Part shown: positions 28,617 to 37,649 of the stretch, in pieces | Numbering within the stretch: the stretch's first letter is position 1 | How the letters are laid out: every line of letters starts with the position of its first letter | Assembly (NCBI GenBank): GCA_014896485.1 | Contig: JADBKH010000007.1 | Coordinates: 83,963-147,962 of the forward strand | Source: Bacillota bacterium | GTDB lineage: Bacteria; Bacillota; Bacilli; Bu12 | Direction of reading: 5' to 3' | DNA length: 64,000 bases | Made by a program: the position numbers and the translations under genes | Notes under the pieces: model-generated | Told to the model about the DNA's origin: nothing | Database searches by the model: none | What the model saw: only the letters and a program-made list of their open reading frames with translations

Positions 28617-29186
28617 TCAGGAATGGTAAGAGACGGCGATCTGTGTGGCGGGAACGCCCATATGTTGTTGAACGGTCGCAATGATCTGTACGACCTGCTC
28701 GGAACTTAGGGAGGGCGCTGCAACTGTCACATTGACCCGGTCTTGGTTCTCCATGACAACGGCATCTTTGTAACCCTCGGCCTTAAGCTGTTCCTCAGCT
28801 TGCGCCTGCTTTTCCTGCTTGGCTAGCAATTGGTTCAGCTGTTGCTGTGCCCGTGCTGCTGCTTCCGAATTGGCACTTCCATTTGCTAGGGTTTCCTGCA
28901 ATTGTGCGATCGATTGATCTTCTGCACGATTTCGAGAAAGGCGCAGTGATGCGAAATAATCTTGCGTCGGGGAAGGCATTGTAGCCTTCTGCTGTTGTAC
29001 TTGGGGAGTGGATTGTTGCAGGATTGGTGGTGCTGTGGGGGTGTTCTGCTGTTGGATTTGCACCTGATTTCCAATCCCCGTTACGATTTCATTGGGTTGG
29101 TTTCGCTCTGCCGCATAATACCAGACTACGCCCGCAACCACCAGCAACATGACCAGCGTCCAGATACGTTGCTGATCGATTTTCAT
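28617..29186 (-). CDS. spoIIIAH: Stage III sporulation protein AH
   Basis: N-terminal TM segment, Gln-rich linker and YscJ-like C-terminal domain. Last gene of the operon. Confidence 0.8.
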   Translation of the reverse strand: MKIDQQRIWTLVMLLVVAGVVWYYAAERNQPNEIVTGIGNQVQIQQQNTPTAPPILQQSTPQVQQQKATMPSPTQDYFASLRLSRNRAEDQSIAQLQETLANGSANSEAAARAQQQLNQLLAKQEKQAQAEEQLKAEGYKDAVVMENQDRVNVTVAAPSLSSEQVVQIIATVQQHMGVPATQIAVSYHS

Positions 29187-29214
29187 CGGAAACTCCTCCT
29201 TTGTGACTATAGCT

Positions 29215-29832
29215 TTACGGATTACTTTTTGAAATTTCCTCGGAAGATGTCAGGGGAAGGACCGTCACTTTGTCTGACAACAAACCGAATGCAGACTGTA
29301 CAGCTGCGACCACCTCTTCCTGTACGGCCGGATGCTCTCCACCGGCAACAGCCACTACAACACCACGAACATGGGGTGTGATACGTTTCTCCACCAATGC
29401 TGTCCCACTTTCTGTCCCAATCCCCTGTTGTGTGAGGACCACGTCTCCCTCTGTGGTCACTTCTGTGGTTGTCCGACGTCCACCTTGACCGTCGTCTTCC
29501 TGAACCGTCTGCTGGGTCTGTTTGGTGTTTTGTGCATAATCCGTTTCATCCACAGAATCGATGGTCACTAAAACGCGGACATTTCCCTTACCGAAAGCCG
29601 CTTCCAAAATGCTTTTCAAGGCATCCTCATAGGCTTGTTGGGCGACCGCAACAGTGTCGGCACTCTTTTCAGTAGTGGGTATTTCCCCTGTTGGCGGAGA
29701 GGAGGGCGTTTTTTTGGGCGTTGGTAGGAAGGAGAGGGCAAAGAGGAGCACAGCCAGGCCACCGATAATCAGAAGGGTCAAACCCCTACGGCTTTTGCGC
29801 AGTTCGGTCCACTTTTCATGGTGCGATGGCAT
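29215..29832 (-). CDS. spoIIIAG: Stage III sporulation protein AG
   Basis: TM helix then the conserved C-terminal ring domain ...VRGVVVAVAGG...VTVLPL. Confidence 0.8.
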   Translation of the reverse strand: MPSHHEKWTELRKSRRGLTLLIIGGLAVLLFALSFLPTPKKTPSSPPTGEIPTTEKSADTVAVAQQAYEDALKSILEAAFGKGNVRVLVTIDSVDETDYAQNTKQTQQTVQEDDGQGGRRTTTEVTTEGDVVLTQQGIGTESGTALVEKRITPHVRGVVVAVAGGEHPAVQEEVVAAVQSAFGLLSDKVTVLPLTSSEEISKSNP

Positions 29833-30460
29833 CTGGATTGTCCCCTTCCATCCTGTGAACGTGCACTGCCTGTGTGGGTAGACCCAACGTGTGGGCGATT
29901 GTCTCGGTCACTTGGTCGTTACCCGGCAACGCCTGTTTCGTTGTGGAATGGGCTGCTCCCCCTGGCTTGCCGATCTCTACGGGTGCTACTGCTGGAATGG
30001 CATCTGATGCGGTGTTGCCCCGAAGCGTCACTTCTACAGAAGCGACTTCTGGCATTTGGAAAAAACCAGCATCGGGATTGGGCTCGTTTCCTTGCCAATG
30101 TACCTGGAAGGAAGCGATCTGCCATCCTAAGGCTTCGGTTTGTGCTTCTACACGTGCCCGCATGCTTTCCGCTGTCTGTTCCAAGACTTGCTGTCGTGCA
30201 GCAGCGGCCATACTGCGATCGTTTGTCTCGTCAAGTGCGGCGAGATGAGGGGCTACTTTCTGCGCTATTCCTAAAACGGCCTGCTGCATTTGTAGCGCCT
30301 GCCCATCCTGGCGCAAACGGCTCAATGGGGTGAGCAGCGTCGCCAGGACGAACAATGCCATGACCAGACGGGCATATTTGCCAACGCCTTCTGAAGGGAG
30401 CAGCAAGAAAAACAGTCCCGCCATCAACACGATAAAGACGAGTTGTCGCAGGTATTCCAT
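29816..30460 (-). CDS. spoIIIAF: Stage III sporulation protein AF
   Basis: My translation from the ATG at 30460 gives MEYLRQLVFIVLMAGLFFLLLPSEG..., 214 aa. The ORF track hides it inside a spurious 590-aa reading-frame extension. Confidence 0.75.
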   Translation of the reverse strand: MEYLRQLVFIVLMAGLFFLLLPSEGVGKYARLVMALFVLATLLTPLSRLRQDGQALQMQQAVLGIAQKVAPHLAALDETNDRSMAAAARQQVLEQTAESMRARVEAQTEALGWQIASFQVHWQGNEPNPDAGFFQMPEVASVEVTLRGNTASDAIPAVAPVEIGKPGGAAHSTTKQALPGNDQVTETIAHTLGLPTQAVHVHRMEGDNPDAIAP

Positions 30461-30483
30461 TCGCTGCTCTGCCCCCTTGCCGA

Positions 30484-31596
30484 TTAACCATGCATGGCGG
30501 CCATAACATTGGCCGAGGCGAGCACTGAGCCGAGCCCAAAGAAAAAAAGAAGTGCAACAATGCCTACAGCAGCAAACAATCCGTGCAACGCTTCCCCAAC
30601 TTCTGCGACACTGTTGGTCATTGTTCCGATTCCCAGAGGTTCCAGCAATGCAGCCATCAGCTGGACGAGCAAGACATTGAGCAAGATCTGCAGCATCGGA
30701 TAAAAAGCGATGCCTGCGATGACGACCAAGCCGAGCAACCCTACGACGTTGCGAATGGCCAGTGAGGTCCCAATCAGTGCCTCTGCCGCATCCGAAAAGA
30801 GCTCTCCTACGACAGGCACGGCTTCGCCGACGGCATATTTGGCCGCACGGAGCGCGAGCCCATTTTCGACTCCGACAGAGAGTCCGGTGATGGACAGCAC
30901 CCCGACAAAGACAGCTGAAGTGATCCCGATAATCCATAACGCCCAACCGCGCATTGCACGGACCAAGCGCGTCAGTGGAAATCCTTCTGCAAAAGACCCT
31001 ACCAGCCCGAGTACAGCCGAGGCATAAATCAATGGAAAAATCACGTGATCCATCAATTGCACGCTCAGCTGAACGGAGAAAACGAGGATGGGATGTAACA
31101 GTGCTGCGCCTGCAACCCCTCCGGTGGCTGTCAAACCCGCGAGCACCATGGGGGTCAAGCTGGCTAGCGCCGTCGATTCGCCGTCGATGGCGCTCTGTGC
31201 CAGTTGCAATACACGGGTAAAAAGGCCGACGCTGACAACGACCATTGCCATCTGAACCAGACTCATCGCTGTAGTGGCCACGGCGCTCTTTCCAAAGGAA
31301 GTGAACAGGCCGGATAACAATGCTGCCATCAAACCGATTGCCAACAAGACTGCTGCTTCGTGAACATTGGAGGCCAGTGCACCTCCCAAGCTGTTCAACA
31401 GTGCGCGAAAGAAGGCTCCCCACTGTGGTGAAGGACCCCCAGGAAGAAGGCTGTACGCAAGCTTTCCAAGATCCAGTGAGGGTCCTCCGCCCGCAACAAC
31501 GATCTGATCCCACAGGGATTGCAATGTTTCGAGTGAGGCCGGCGGCAAGCTCTCCTGCGTCGATTGTTGGGGGATAGCTGTCTCCCATAAGGCCAC
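30484..31596 (-). CDS. spoIIIAE: Stage III sporulation protein AE
   Basis: 370-aa polytopic permease-like protein in the conserved spoIIIA position. Confidence 0.8.
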   Translation of the reverse strand: MALWETAIPQQSTQESLPPASLETLQSLWDQIVVAGGGPSLDLGKLAYSLLPGGPSPQWGAFFRALLNSLGGALASNVHEAAVLLAIGLMAALLSGLFTSFGKSAVATTAMSLVQMAMVVVSVGLFTRVLQLAQSAIDGESTALASLTPMVLAGLTATGGVAGAALLHPILVFSVQLSVQLMDHVIFPLIYASAVLGLVGSFAEGFPLTRLVRAMRGWALWIIGITSAVFVGVLSITGLSVGVENGLALRAAKYAVGEAVPVVGELFSDAAEALIGTSLAIRNVVGLLGLVVIAGIAFYPMLQILLNVLLVQLMAALLEPLGIGTMTNSVAEVGEALHGLFAAVGIVALLFFFGLGSVLASANVMAAMHG

Positions 31597-31624
31597 CTCC
31601 CTCCCCCCTTATTGGCGAAAGCCA

Positions 31625-32011
31625 TTACTGCAACAACTTGGCGATGGAAGCCACAACAGCTGTGAGAATAGGCAACCCCATGGCGAGAATGAGGATGCGA
31701 CCGGCCAACTCCAGCCTGGCTGCCAATGCGTTTTCTCCTGCATCTCTGCAGATATCTGCCCCTAATTCGACCAGATAGGCAATCCCAATGATCTTTAAGA
31801 CGACGATCAACAGAGTGTTGTTGACTTTCCCTAATGAAGAAAGTGCTTCTAGCTGTGTTACGATCGGTTTCAATTGATAAAGTGTTGCTGTCAGCAAGAG
31901 CACGCCCAAACCGATGGAGACGACCAGCGCAATTCCTGGATGTGCCTGGCGAATGACTGTCAATAACAATGCACCGACGATCGCCAGTGCCACGAGTTGT
32001 CCGATACCCAT
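31625..32011 (-). CDS. spoIIIAD: Stage III sporulation protein AD
   Basis: 128-aa four-helix membrane protein. Confidence 0.8.
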   Translation of the reverse strand: MGIGQLVALAIVGALLLTVIRQAHPGIALVVSIGLGVLLLTATLYQLKPIVTQLEALSSLGKVNNTLLIVVLKIIGIAYLVELGADICRDAGENALAARLELAGRILILAMGLPILTAVVASIAKLLQ

Positions 32012-32026
32012 GGCCCTACCTCCGCA

Positions 32027-32224
32027 TCAAAAGCGGAAAAGCGTTTCGAGCGATCGAAAAAGTTCTGTCAACAGGCGAACGGCCATGATCAGCAGCAAGA
32101 TCACGCCACCCAATGTCACGATCTGAGCGATTTCTTCTCTTCCTGTCTGCTTGAGAACGAGGTAAACCAGCGCCAGAAGCAGTCCCACTCCAGCTAATTG
32201 AAAGACGGTACTGATGTCGGGCAT
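32027..32224 (-). CDS. spoIIIAC: Stage III sporulation protein AC
   Basis: 65-aa two-helix membrane protein. Confidence 0.8.
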   Translation of the reverse strand: MPDISTVFQLAGVGLLLALVYLVLKQTGREEIAQIVTLGGVILLLIMAVRLLTELFRSLETLFRF

Positions 32225-32236
32225 GGCGCTGACCTC

Positions 32237-32752
32237 CTAGACCATCACCAAAAAGACGAGTGCACCGCCCAAAAGCCCCAAGGCATGCCACATGCGTATA
32301 TTTTTTTCGCCTTGCGGCCTTGCATCTTGCTCTATTTGGGAGAGATGGGTCGCTGTGTACGCAATTCGATCCAACTGACGACTTCGATCGGCAATTCCCA
32401 AACCGACGCCAAACTGTTGCAATAAAGCCCGCTCTTCTCGCTGCAATGCCAATGTTTCCGCCATCTCATTGAGTTGCCCGATCCAAGCTTGTTCAGCAGA
32501 TTGCCCCTCATCGACTTGACGCGCGACCTCCTGCAGAAAGCTCCCCACTCTTCCGCCGATCGAAGCTGCAATATGTGCCAGCGCTTGGGGAAGTGGGCGT
32601 GCCACATAGCCGACTTCGGTCTCCAAGAGTTTCAATGCCGCCTGAAAGTCGCGCAGACTCCGAAGGCGATGCTCAATTTGGGCAGCTCGTTGAAATCCTG
32701 CTGCAATCGTCAAAAAGGCCATTAGCATAGCTGCGGAGAGATGCAGCAGCAT
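32237..32752 (-). CDS. spoIIIAB: Stage III sporulation protein AB
   Basis: GspF-like helical protein, about 171 aa. The ATG at 32752 overlaps the spoIIIAA TGA as ATGA. Confidence 0.75.
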   Translation of the reverse strand: MLLHLSAAMLMAFLTIAAGFQRAAQIEHRLRSLRDFQAALKLLETEVGYVARPLPQALAHIAASIGGRVGSFLQEVARQVDEGQSAEQAWIGQLNEMAETLALQREERALLQQFGVGLGIADRSRQLDRIAYTATHLSQIEQDARPQGEKNIRMWHALGLLGGALVFLVMV

Positions 32753-33744
32753 CAGCGCATCGTCCAGACAAGCGGATGTCCTTCCGCATCTGTGATGTTT
32801 TCGATGGTTCCAACGCCTCGCCGGCAACTCAATACAATGTAACGGTCAAAATAACGCTCCTCTATCAAGCTTCGCAGGGCCGGGCGTTGGCGAAGCTGAA
32901 CCAAATCGCGGGCATGTGCTGTCGCGAACACGGACACGCCAGCACGCGCTGCCTCTTGCAAGGCTTCAACGTCGTCTGCCCCTCCTATCTCGTCACAGGC
33001 GATGACTTGTGGTCCCATCGCCCGCAGCAATAACGGGATGCCTTCTCTTTTGGGACAGCCGTCCAAGATGTCTGTGCGGGGACCTACGTCAAATTGAGGG
33101 ATGCCTTCGACCAACCCAGCTACTTCGGAGCGTTCGTCGCAAAGACCGACCTGATAACCACCTGTCTGCTGGGGAACAGACTCACCGGTGCTGAAAGCAC
33201 GCACCAAATCTCTCAGCAGTGTTGTCTTGCCAGCTCCGGGAGGCGATAGCAAGAGCGTTGTGGCGGGAAGTTCCCCAACCATTAAGCTAGCTAGCAAAGG
33301 CCGACTACACCCCACGATTTCTCGGGCAACTCGCAGATTGGCACCCTCGAGATCCCGTTGGGTAACCAACGATTCCCCTTGCAAAACCGCTCGCCCGACC
33401 AAGCCTAGACGGTGTCCTCCTGGCAAAGTCAGATAGCCTCGACGCAGCTCTTCTTCATAGGCATACAGAGAAGAGCGTGAGGCACGGTCGAGGACCATCT
33501 CTAGCTCCGCTTTACTCAGTGCAGCGTTATCGGGCGGATGCGCCAGCAAGGCACCGCTTGAAGAAAGAAACCATTCTCCATCTGCGAAGCGCAAGGCAAC
33601 GGGACGCCCCACCCGCAAGCGCACTTCTTGGAGCAAAGCCAGCTTGGGGTCTGGCAACCGATCGAGCACACGAGCAACCTGATTCGGGAGCAGTATGGAG
33701 AGTTGTGAACGAATTTGCTCGGTAAGCGTCTTTTGGGAAGCCAT
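32752..33744 (-). CDS. spoIIIAA: Stage III sporulation protein AA (secretion-type ATPase)
   Basis: Walker A SPPGAGKTTLLRD. Start at the ATG at 33744 with RBS AGGGGGAG. Confidence 0.85.
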   Translation of the reverse strand: MASQKTLTEQIRSQLSILLPNQVARVLDRLPDPKLALLQEVRLRVGRPVALRFADGEWFLSSSGALLAHPPDNAALSKAELEMVLDRASRSSLYAYEEELRRGYLTLPGGHRLGLVGRAVLQGESLVTQRDLEGANLRVAREIVGCSRPLLASLMVGELPATTLLLSPPGAGKTTLLRDLVRAFSTGESVPQQTGGYQVGLCDERSEVAGLVEGIPQFDVGPRTDILDGCPKREGIPLLLRAMGPQVIACDEIGGADDVEALQEAARAGVSVFATAHARDLVQLRQRPALRSLIEERYFDRYIVLSCRRGVGTIENITDAEGHPLVWTMR

Positions 33745-33769
33745 GTGCACTCCCCCTTGTCCCCGATAC

Positions 33770-33798
33770 ACTCTATGGACGAGCGCACGCAAATATGA
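33770..33798 (-). promoter_or_regulatory. Sigma-E-type promoter for the spoIIIA operon
   Basis: The minus strand reads TCATATT, 14 nt, CATAGAGT, compared with the sigma-E consensus TCATATT, 14 nt, CATACA-T. It lies about 25 nt before the spoIIIAA ATG. Confidence 0.55.
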
Positions 33799-33942
33799 GG
33801 AAAGGGCATGCAAAAGGAGGATCATCCGTGGATGGGTCGCAACGCCCTTCCAGAATGATCGAAGAAAAGGTGTTTACGCGCGGGAAGGGGAAGGAGAGGG
33901 TCTGGAGGCTGAGGGAAGGTTTTGCCCGGATCGAAAGGAAGA

Positions 33943-34500
33943 TCAGACCCTTTCCAAATATTCTCCTGTGCGGGTATCGATACGAATGCGATCGCCACGA
34001 TTGATGAAAAACGGAACCTGTACGGTGTAACCCGTCTCTACGGTTGCTGGCTTTGAACCGCCGGTGGCTGTATCGCCGCGTAATCCTGGGTCGGTTTCGA
34101 CAACTTCCAGTTCGACGAAATTGGGAAGATCCACGCCGATCGGATTGCCGTCATACATGACGACATAGACGTTCGTATTCTCCTTGAGGAATTTCCGTTC
34201 GTACTCGAGCTGAGAAGCGGGAATCTGGATCTGCTCATAACTGTTGGTATCCATAAAGGTGTAGTATTCTCCATCGTTATAGAGATACTGCATCTCGCGG
34301 GTCTCAACTGCTGCGCGTGGTACCTTTTCACCAGCCCGGAAAGTGCGTTCCTGTACGGCGCCGGTCTTGAGATTTTTCAACTTGGTACGTACAAAGGCAG
34401 ATCCTTTCCCGGGTTTGACATGCTGGAACTCGACGACTTGCCACAACTCCCCGTCCACTTCTATGTTCACCCCGGGGCGAAAGTCGTTGGATGAAATCAT
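33943..34500 (-). CDS. efp: Elongation factor P
   Basis: 185 aa. [19 protein letters not shown]. Confidence 0.95.
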   Translation of the reverse strand: MISSNDFRPGVNIEVDGELWQVVEFQHVKPGKGSAFVRTKLKNLKTGAVQERTFRAGEKVPRAAVETREMQYLYNDGEYYTFMDTNSYEQIQIPASQLEYERKFLKENTNVYVVMYDGNPIGVDLPNFVELEVVETDPGLRGDTATGGSKPATVETGYTVQVPFFINRGDRIRIDTRTGEYLERV

Positions 34501-34529
34501 CGACTGTCAACCATCCTTTCACCTCAAAC

Positions 34530-35594
34530 TTACAAGATCAACAGCTCTCGAGGAGCACGTGTGAGGCGCTTGGCACCTTCTGCCGTGATGAGTAGATCAT
34601 CTTCGATGCGTACGCCCCCGATTCCGGGCAGATAAATGCCTGGCTCGTCCGTAACGACCATATTTTCCTGCAAAATCCATTCGCTGTTTGGCGCAATGCT
34701 GGGTGCTTCGTGCACTGCCAAGCCGACGCCATGTCCCAAGCTATGGCCAAAGGCGTCTCCAAACCCGTGTGCGGCAATTATCTTCCTCGCGACGGCATCC
34801 AGTTCCCGACCGCTGATGCCGGGCTGCGCAGCTTGCAGGGCAGCTTCCTGGGCTTCTTTTACGATGGAATAGATCTCCACAAGTTGCTCCGGCGGATGGC
34901 CCACGGCAACGGTTCTCGTCTCATCCGAACAGTATCCGTCATAGATGCAACCAAAATCCAGCGTGACACATTCCCCTGAGACGATTGTCTTGGAGGAGGC
35001 AACACCGTGTGGCATAGATCCCCGTTGTCCAGAGGCGACAATGGTATCAAACGAAAGGCCGCTTGCACCAGCTTCTCGCATCGTCCGCTCCAATGTCCAC
35101 GCGATTTCACGCTCCGTAATGCCGGGGCGAAGGACGTCAAGGGCTGCCTGAAAAGCTTGATCGGCAATGGTACAAGCAATTTGTAGTGCCTCCAGCTCGG
35201 CTGCATCTTTTACGGCACGAGCCCGGATGAGGAGTGCATCAGCAGCGACGAGCTGGCTCTGTGGCAGTAACTCCTTCAAAGCCTGATAAGTTGCGACATT
35301 GATAAACTCCGTCTCAAAGCCCAAATGAGAGATGCCAAGCCGCTGGACTTGCCTCGCTATCTCCGGAAGCGCAGGGTTCCCATGCTGAACAATCGTGAAT
35401 GCGGGGGCCTGGGTTTTTGCCTGTTCGACATAACGAAAATCCGTCAACAAGAGAGCCTCTTCCTCGGTAATCAACAGATAAGCCGAAGTCCCCGTAAATC
35501 CGCTGACATAACGTCGATTTTCTGGTTGGCAGATAAAGAGTGCCTCTAACTCTTCTTCTTCCATCAGCTGACGAACTCTTTGCAAATGATCCAT
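34530..35594 (-). CDS. Xaa-Pro aminopeptidase/dipeptidase (M24B, YqhT-like)
   Basis: Pita-bread fold with metal ligands in HGLGHGVGLAVHE and the ...GGVRIEDD... context. Confidence 0.85.
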   Translation of the reverse strand: MDHLQRVRQLMEEEELEALFICQPENRRYVSGFTGTSAYLLITEEEALLLTDFRYVEQAKTQAPAFTIVQHGNPALPEIARQVQRLGISHLGFETEFINVATYQALKELLPQSQLVAADALLIRARAVKDAAELEALQIACTIADQAFQAALDVLRPGITEREIAWTLERTMREAGASGLSFDTIVASGQRGSMPHGVASSKTIVSGECVTLDFGCIYDGYCSDETRTVAVGHPPEQLVEIYSIVKEAQEAALQAAQPGISGRELDAVARKIIAAHGFGDAFGHSLGHGVGLAVHEAPSIAPNSEWILQENMVVTDEPGIYLPGIGGVRIEDDLLITAEGAKRLTRAPRELLIL

Positions 35595-35598
35595 GCCT

Positions 35599-36045
35599 TT
35601 ATGCCCCCTGGGAAGCCCGTTGTGCCAAGTACCATAGGGCCATTCCATACCCAGATGCACCAAATCCGCTGATCTGTCCAACGCAGACAGGCGCAATCAC
35701 GGAAGTGTGGCGAAATGCTTCTCGTGCATGAATGTTGCTCAGATGCACTTCTACCACGGGGAGGTCGATAGCGGCAATGGCGTCCCGCAAGGCGATGCTG
35801 GTGTGGGTGTATGCACCCGCATTGAGTACAATTGCATCGAAGCTGTCTTGGGCTGCCTGTAGCCAGTCGATCAATGTTCCTTCGTGGTTGCTTTGGCGAA
35901 TCTCGACCTCTATTCCGAACGTGTCGCCCCATTGCATGATCTGTGCATTCATCTGCTCAAAGGAAGTGCTGCCGTAAATTCCGACTTCGCGTTGACCAGT
36001 GCGATTGATGTTGGGACCATCCAAGACCAGCACACGCATGGGCAT
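35599..36045 (-). CDS. aroQ: Type II 3-dehydroquinate dehydratase
   Basis: LVLDGPNINRTGQREVGIYG...NHEG. Confidence 0.9.
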   Translation of the reverse strand: MPMRVLVLDGPNINRTGQREVGIYGSTSFEQMNAQIMQWGDTFGIEVEIRQSNHEGTLIDWLQAAQDSFDAIVLNAGAYTHTSIALRDAIAAIDLPVVEVHLSNIHAREAFRHTSVIAPVCVGQISGFGASGYGMALWYLAQRASQGA

Positions 36046-36110
36046 GCCCCCCCTTCACGTCCCACACAGCCGCTGGGTGACCGAGGCCATGAGATTGGGA
36101 AGCGGCTTCG

Positions 36111-36140
36111 ATTCTAACACAGCGTGCCGTTTTTGCCCAA
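36111..36140 (-). promoter_or_regulatory. Possible sigma-A promoter (TTGGGC, 18 nt, TG-n-TAGAAT) for aroQ-pepP-efp
   Basis: Read on the minus strand between gcvPB and aroQ. Confidence 0.3.
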
Positions 36141-37649
36141 TTACCGGGCGTAGTCGGAAGAGGTAAAGACCAGTTTTGGATGCCGGGCGGCAGTTACTTC
36201 GTCAAGTCGTCCGACAGGTGTGCGATGAGGGGCTTCGCGTAACACCTGTGGGTACGTCTGGGCTTCCTGGACAATGGCGCGAAGTGCATCTGCAAAGGCA
36301 TCGAGGGTGGCCTTGCTCTCTGTTTCTGTCGGTTCGACCATCAGCGCCTCAGGGACGTTGAGCGGGAAGTAAATCGTCGGAGCATAAAACCCGTAGTCGA
36401 GCAGTCGCTTGGCGACATCGATTGCCTTGATCCCTCTCTGCTTGAGTACGGACGCCGAAACGACAAACTCATGCATGCAGCTGCGATCGTAGGCAGGAGA
36501 AAAAAGCTCCCGCACGTGGGCCAATAGGTAATTGGCATTCAGCACAGCCGTTTCAGCCGCATGGCGCAAGCCCTCAGCTCCCATACAACGAATGTAAACC
36601 AGTGCCCGGATCAGGTTGGCCACGTTTCCAAAGAAAGCACGCAAACGCCCGATGCTTGCTTCTCCATGGGTCAAGCGATACTCTTCCCCGTCACGTTCGA
36701 CCCATTCTCCTGGTAGGTAGGGTACCAAGAAATCGCGTACTCCCAATGCCCCAGCTCCTGGCCCTCCACCGCCATGGGGTGTGGCAAATGTCTTGTGGAG
36801 GTTGAGGTGGACAACATCAAACCCCATCTCACGCGGCCGTGCGACCCCCAAAATCGCATTCATGTTAGCACCATCGTAATAAACGAGTGCGCCGACATCG
36901 TGGAGGCAAGCGGTGACCTCTGTAATTTGCTGTTCGAACAGACCCAGGGTATTGGGGTTGGTGAGCATCAATGCTGCGGTCTGAGGCCCAACCAACTGTT
37001 TTAGAGCGCCTAAATCAATGTTTCCCTGGATATCGGTGGGGACTTCGACCACCCGATAACCGGCCATCGCTGCTGAGGCAGGATTGGTGCCGTGGGCAGT
37101 ATTCGGGATGAGTACCTCCGTACGTTGGCCGGGTTCTCGCGCTTCATGATAGGCGCGGATGACCAGCAGTCCCCCCAGCTCCCCATGTGCGCCGGCGGCA
37201 GGATGTAGACTTACACAGTCCATGCCACTGATCTCTGCCAAAGCACGCTGCAATGCTTCGCAAACCGCCAATGTGCCTGAAACGGTCGAAAGTGGCTGGA
37301 GGGGGTGCAATGCAGTAAAGCCATCCAGGCTGGCCAATGCATCGTCGATTTTCGGATTGTATTTCATGGTACACGACCCCAGCGGGTAAAAGCCTTCATC
37401 TACACTGTAGTTGGCATGTGCCAGCTTTGTAAAATGGCGCACAATCTGCCCTTCAGAGAGTTCAGGGAGGGCAGGGGGTTGACTTCGCAAGGCAACGCCC
37501 GGTAAAAGTGCATCCAGGGGTTGTTCTTCCACATCGTCAGTGGGCAAGGAGAAACCGATTCGTCCCGGACGGCTCTCTTCAAAAAGTAAGACTGTCGAAG
37601 CATCCTGCAATGGATCAGCAACACCTACCTGTGCTTCTGTGGACTTCAT
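36141..37649 (-). CDS. gcvPB: Glycine dehydrogenase (decarboxylating) subunit 2
   Basis: PLP-dependent P-protein C-terminal half, 502 aa. Overlaps gcvPA. Confidence 0.9.
   Translation of the reverse strand: MKSTEAQVGVADPLQDASTVLLFEESRPGRIGFSLPTDDVEEQPLDALLPGVALRSQPPALPELSEGQIVRHFTKLAHANYSVDEGFYPLGSCTMKYNPKIDDALASLDGFTALHPLQPLSTVSGTLAVCEALQRALAEISGMDCVSLHPAAGAHGELGGLLVIRAYHEAREPGQRTEVLIPNTAHGTNPASAAMAGYRVVEVPTDIQGNIDLGALKQLVGPQTAALMLTNPNTLGLFEQQITEVTACLHDVGALVYYDGANMNAILGVARPREMGFDVVHLNLHKTFATPHGGGGPGAGALGVRDFLVPYLPGEWVERDGEEYRLTHGEASIGRLRAFFGNVANLIRALVYIRCMGAEGLRHAAETAVLNANYLLAHVRELFSPAYDRSCMHEFVVSASVLKQRGIKAIDVAKRLLDYGFYAPTIYFPLNVPEALMVEPTETESKATLDAFADALRAIVQEAQTYPQVLREAPHRTPVGRLDEVTAARHPKLVFTSSDYAR

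Noticed and set aside
29816-31588. 590-aa minus-strand ORF in the track
   Set aside because: Only its last 214 codons (from the ATG at 30460) are SpoIIIAF. The upstream 376 codons are a Cys/Arg/Gly-rich out-of-frame read-through of spoIIIAE, typical of high-GC DNA.
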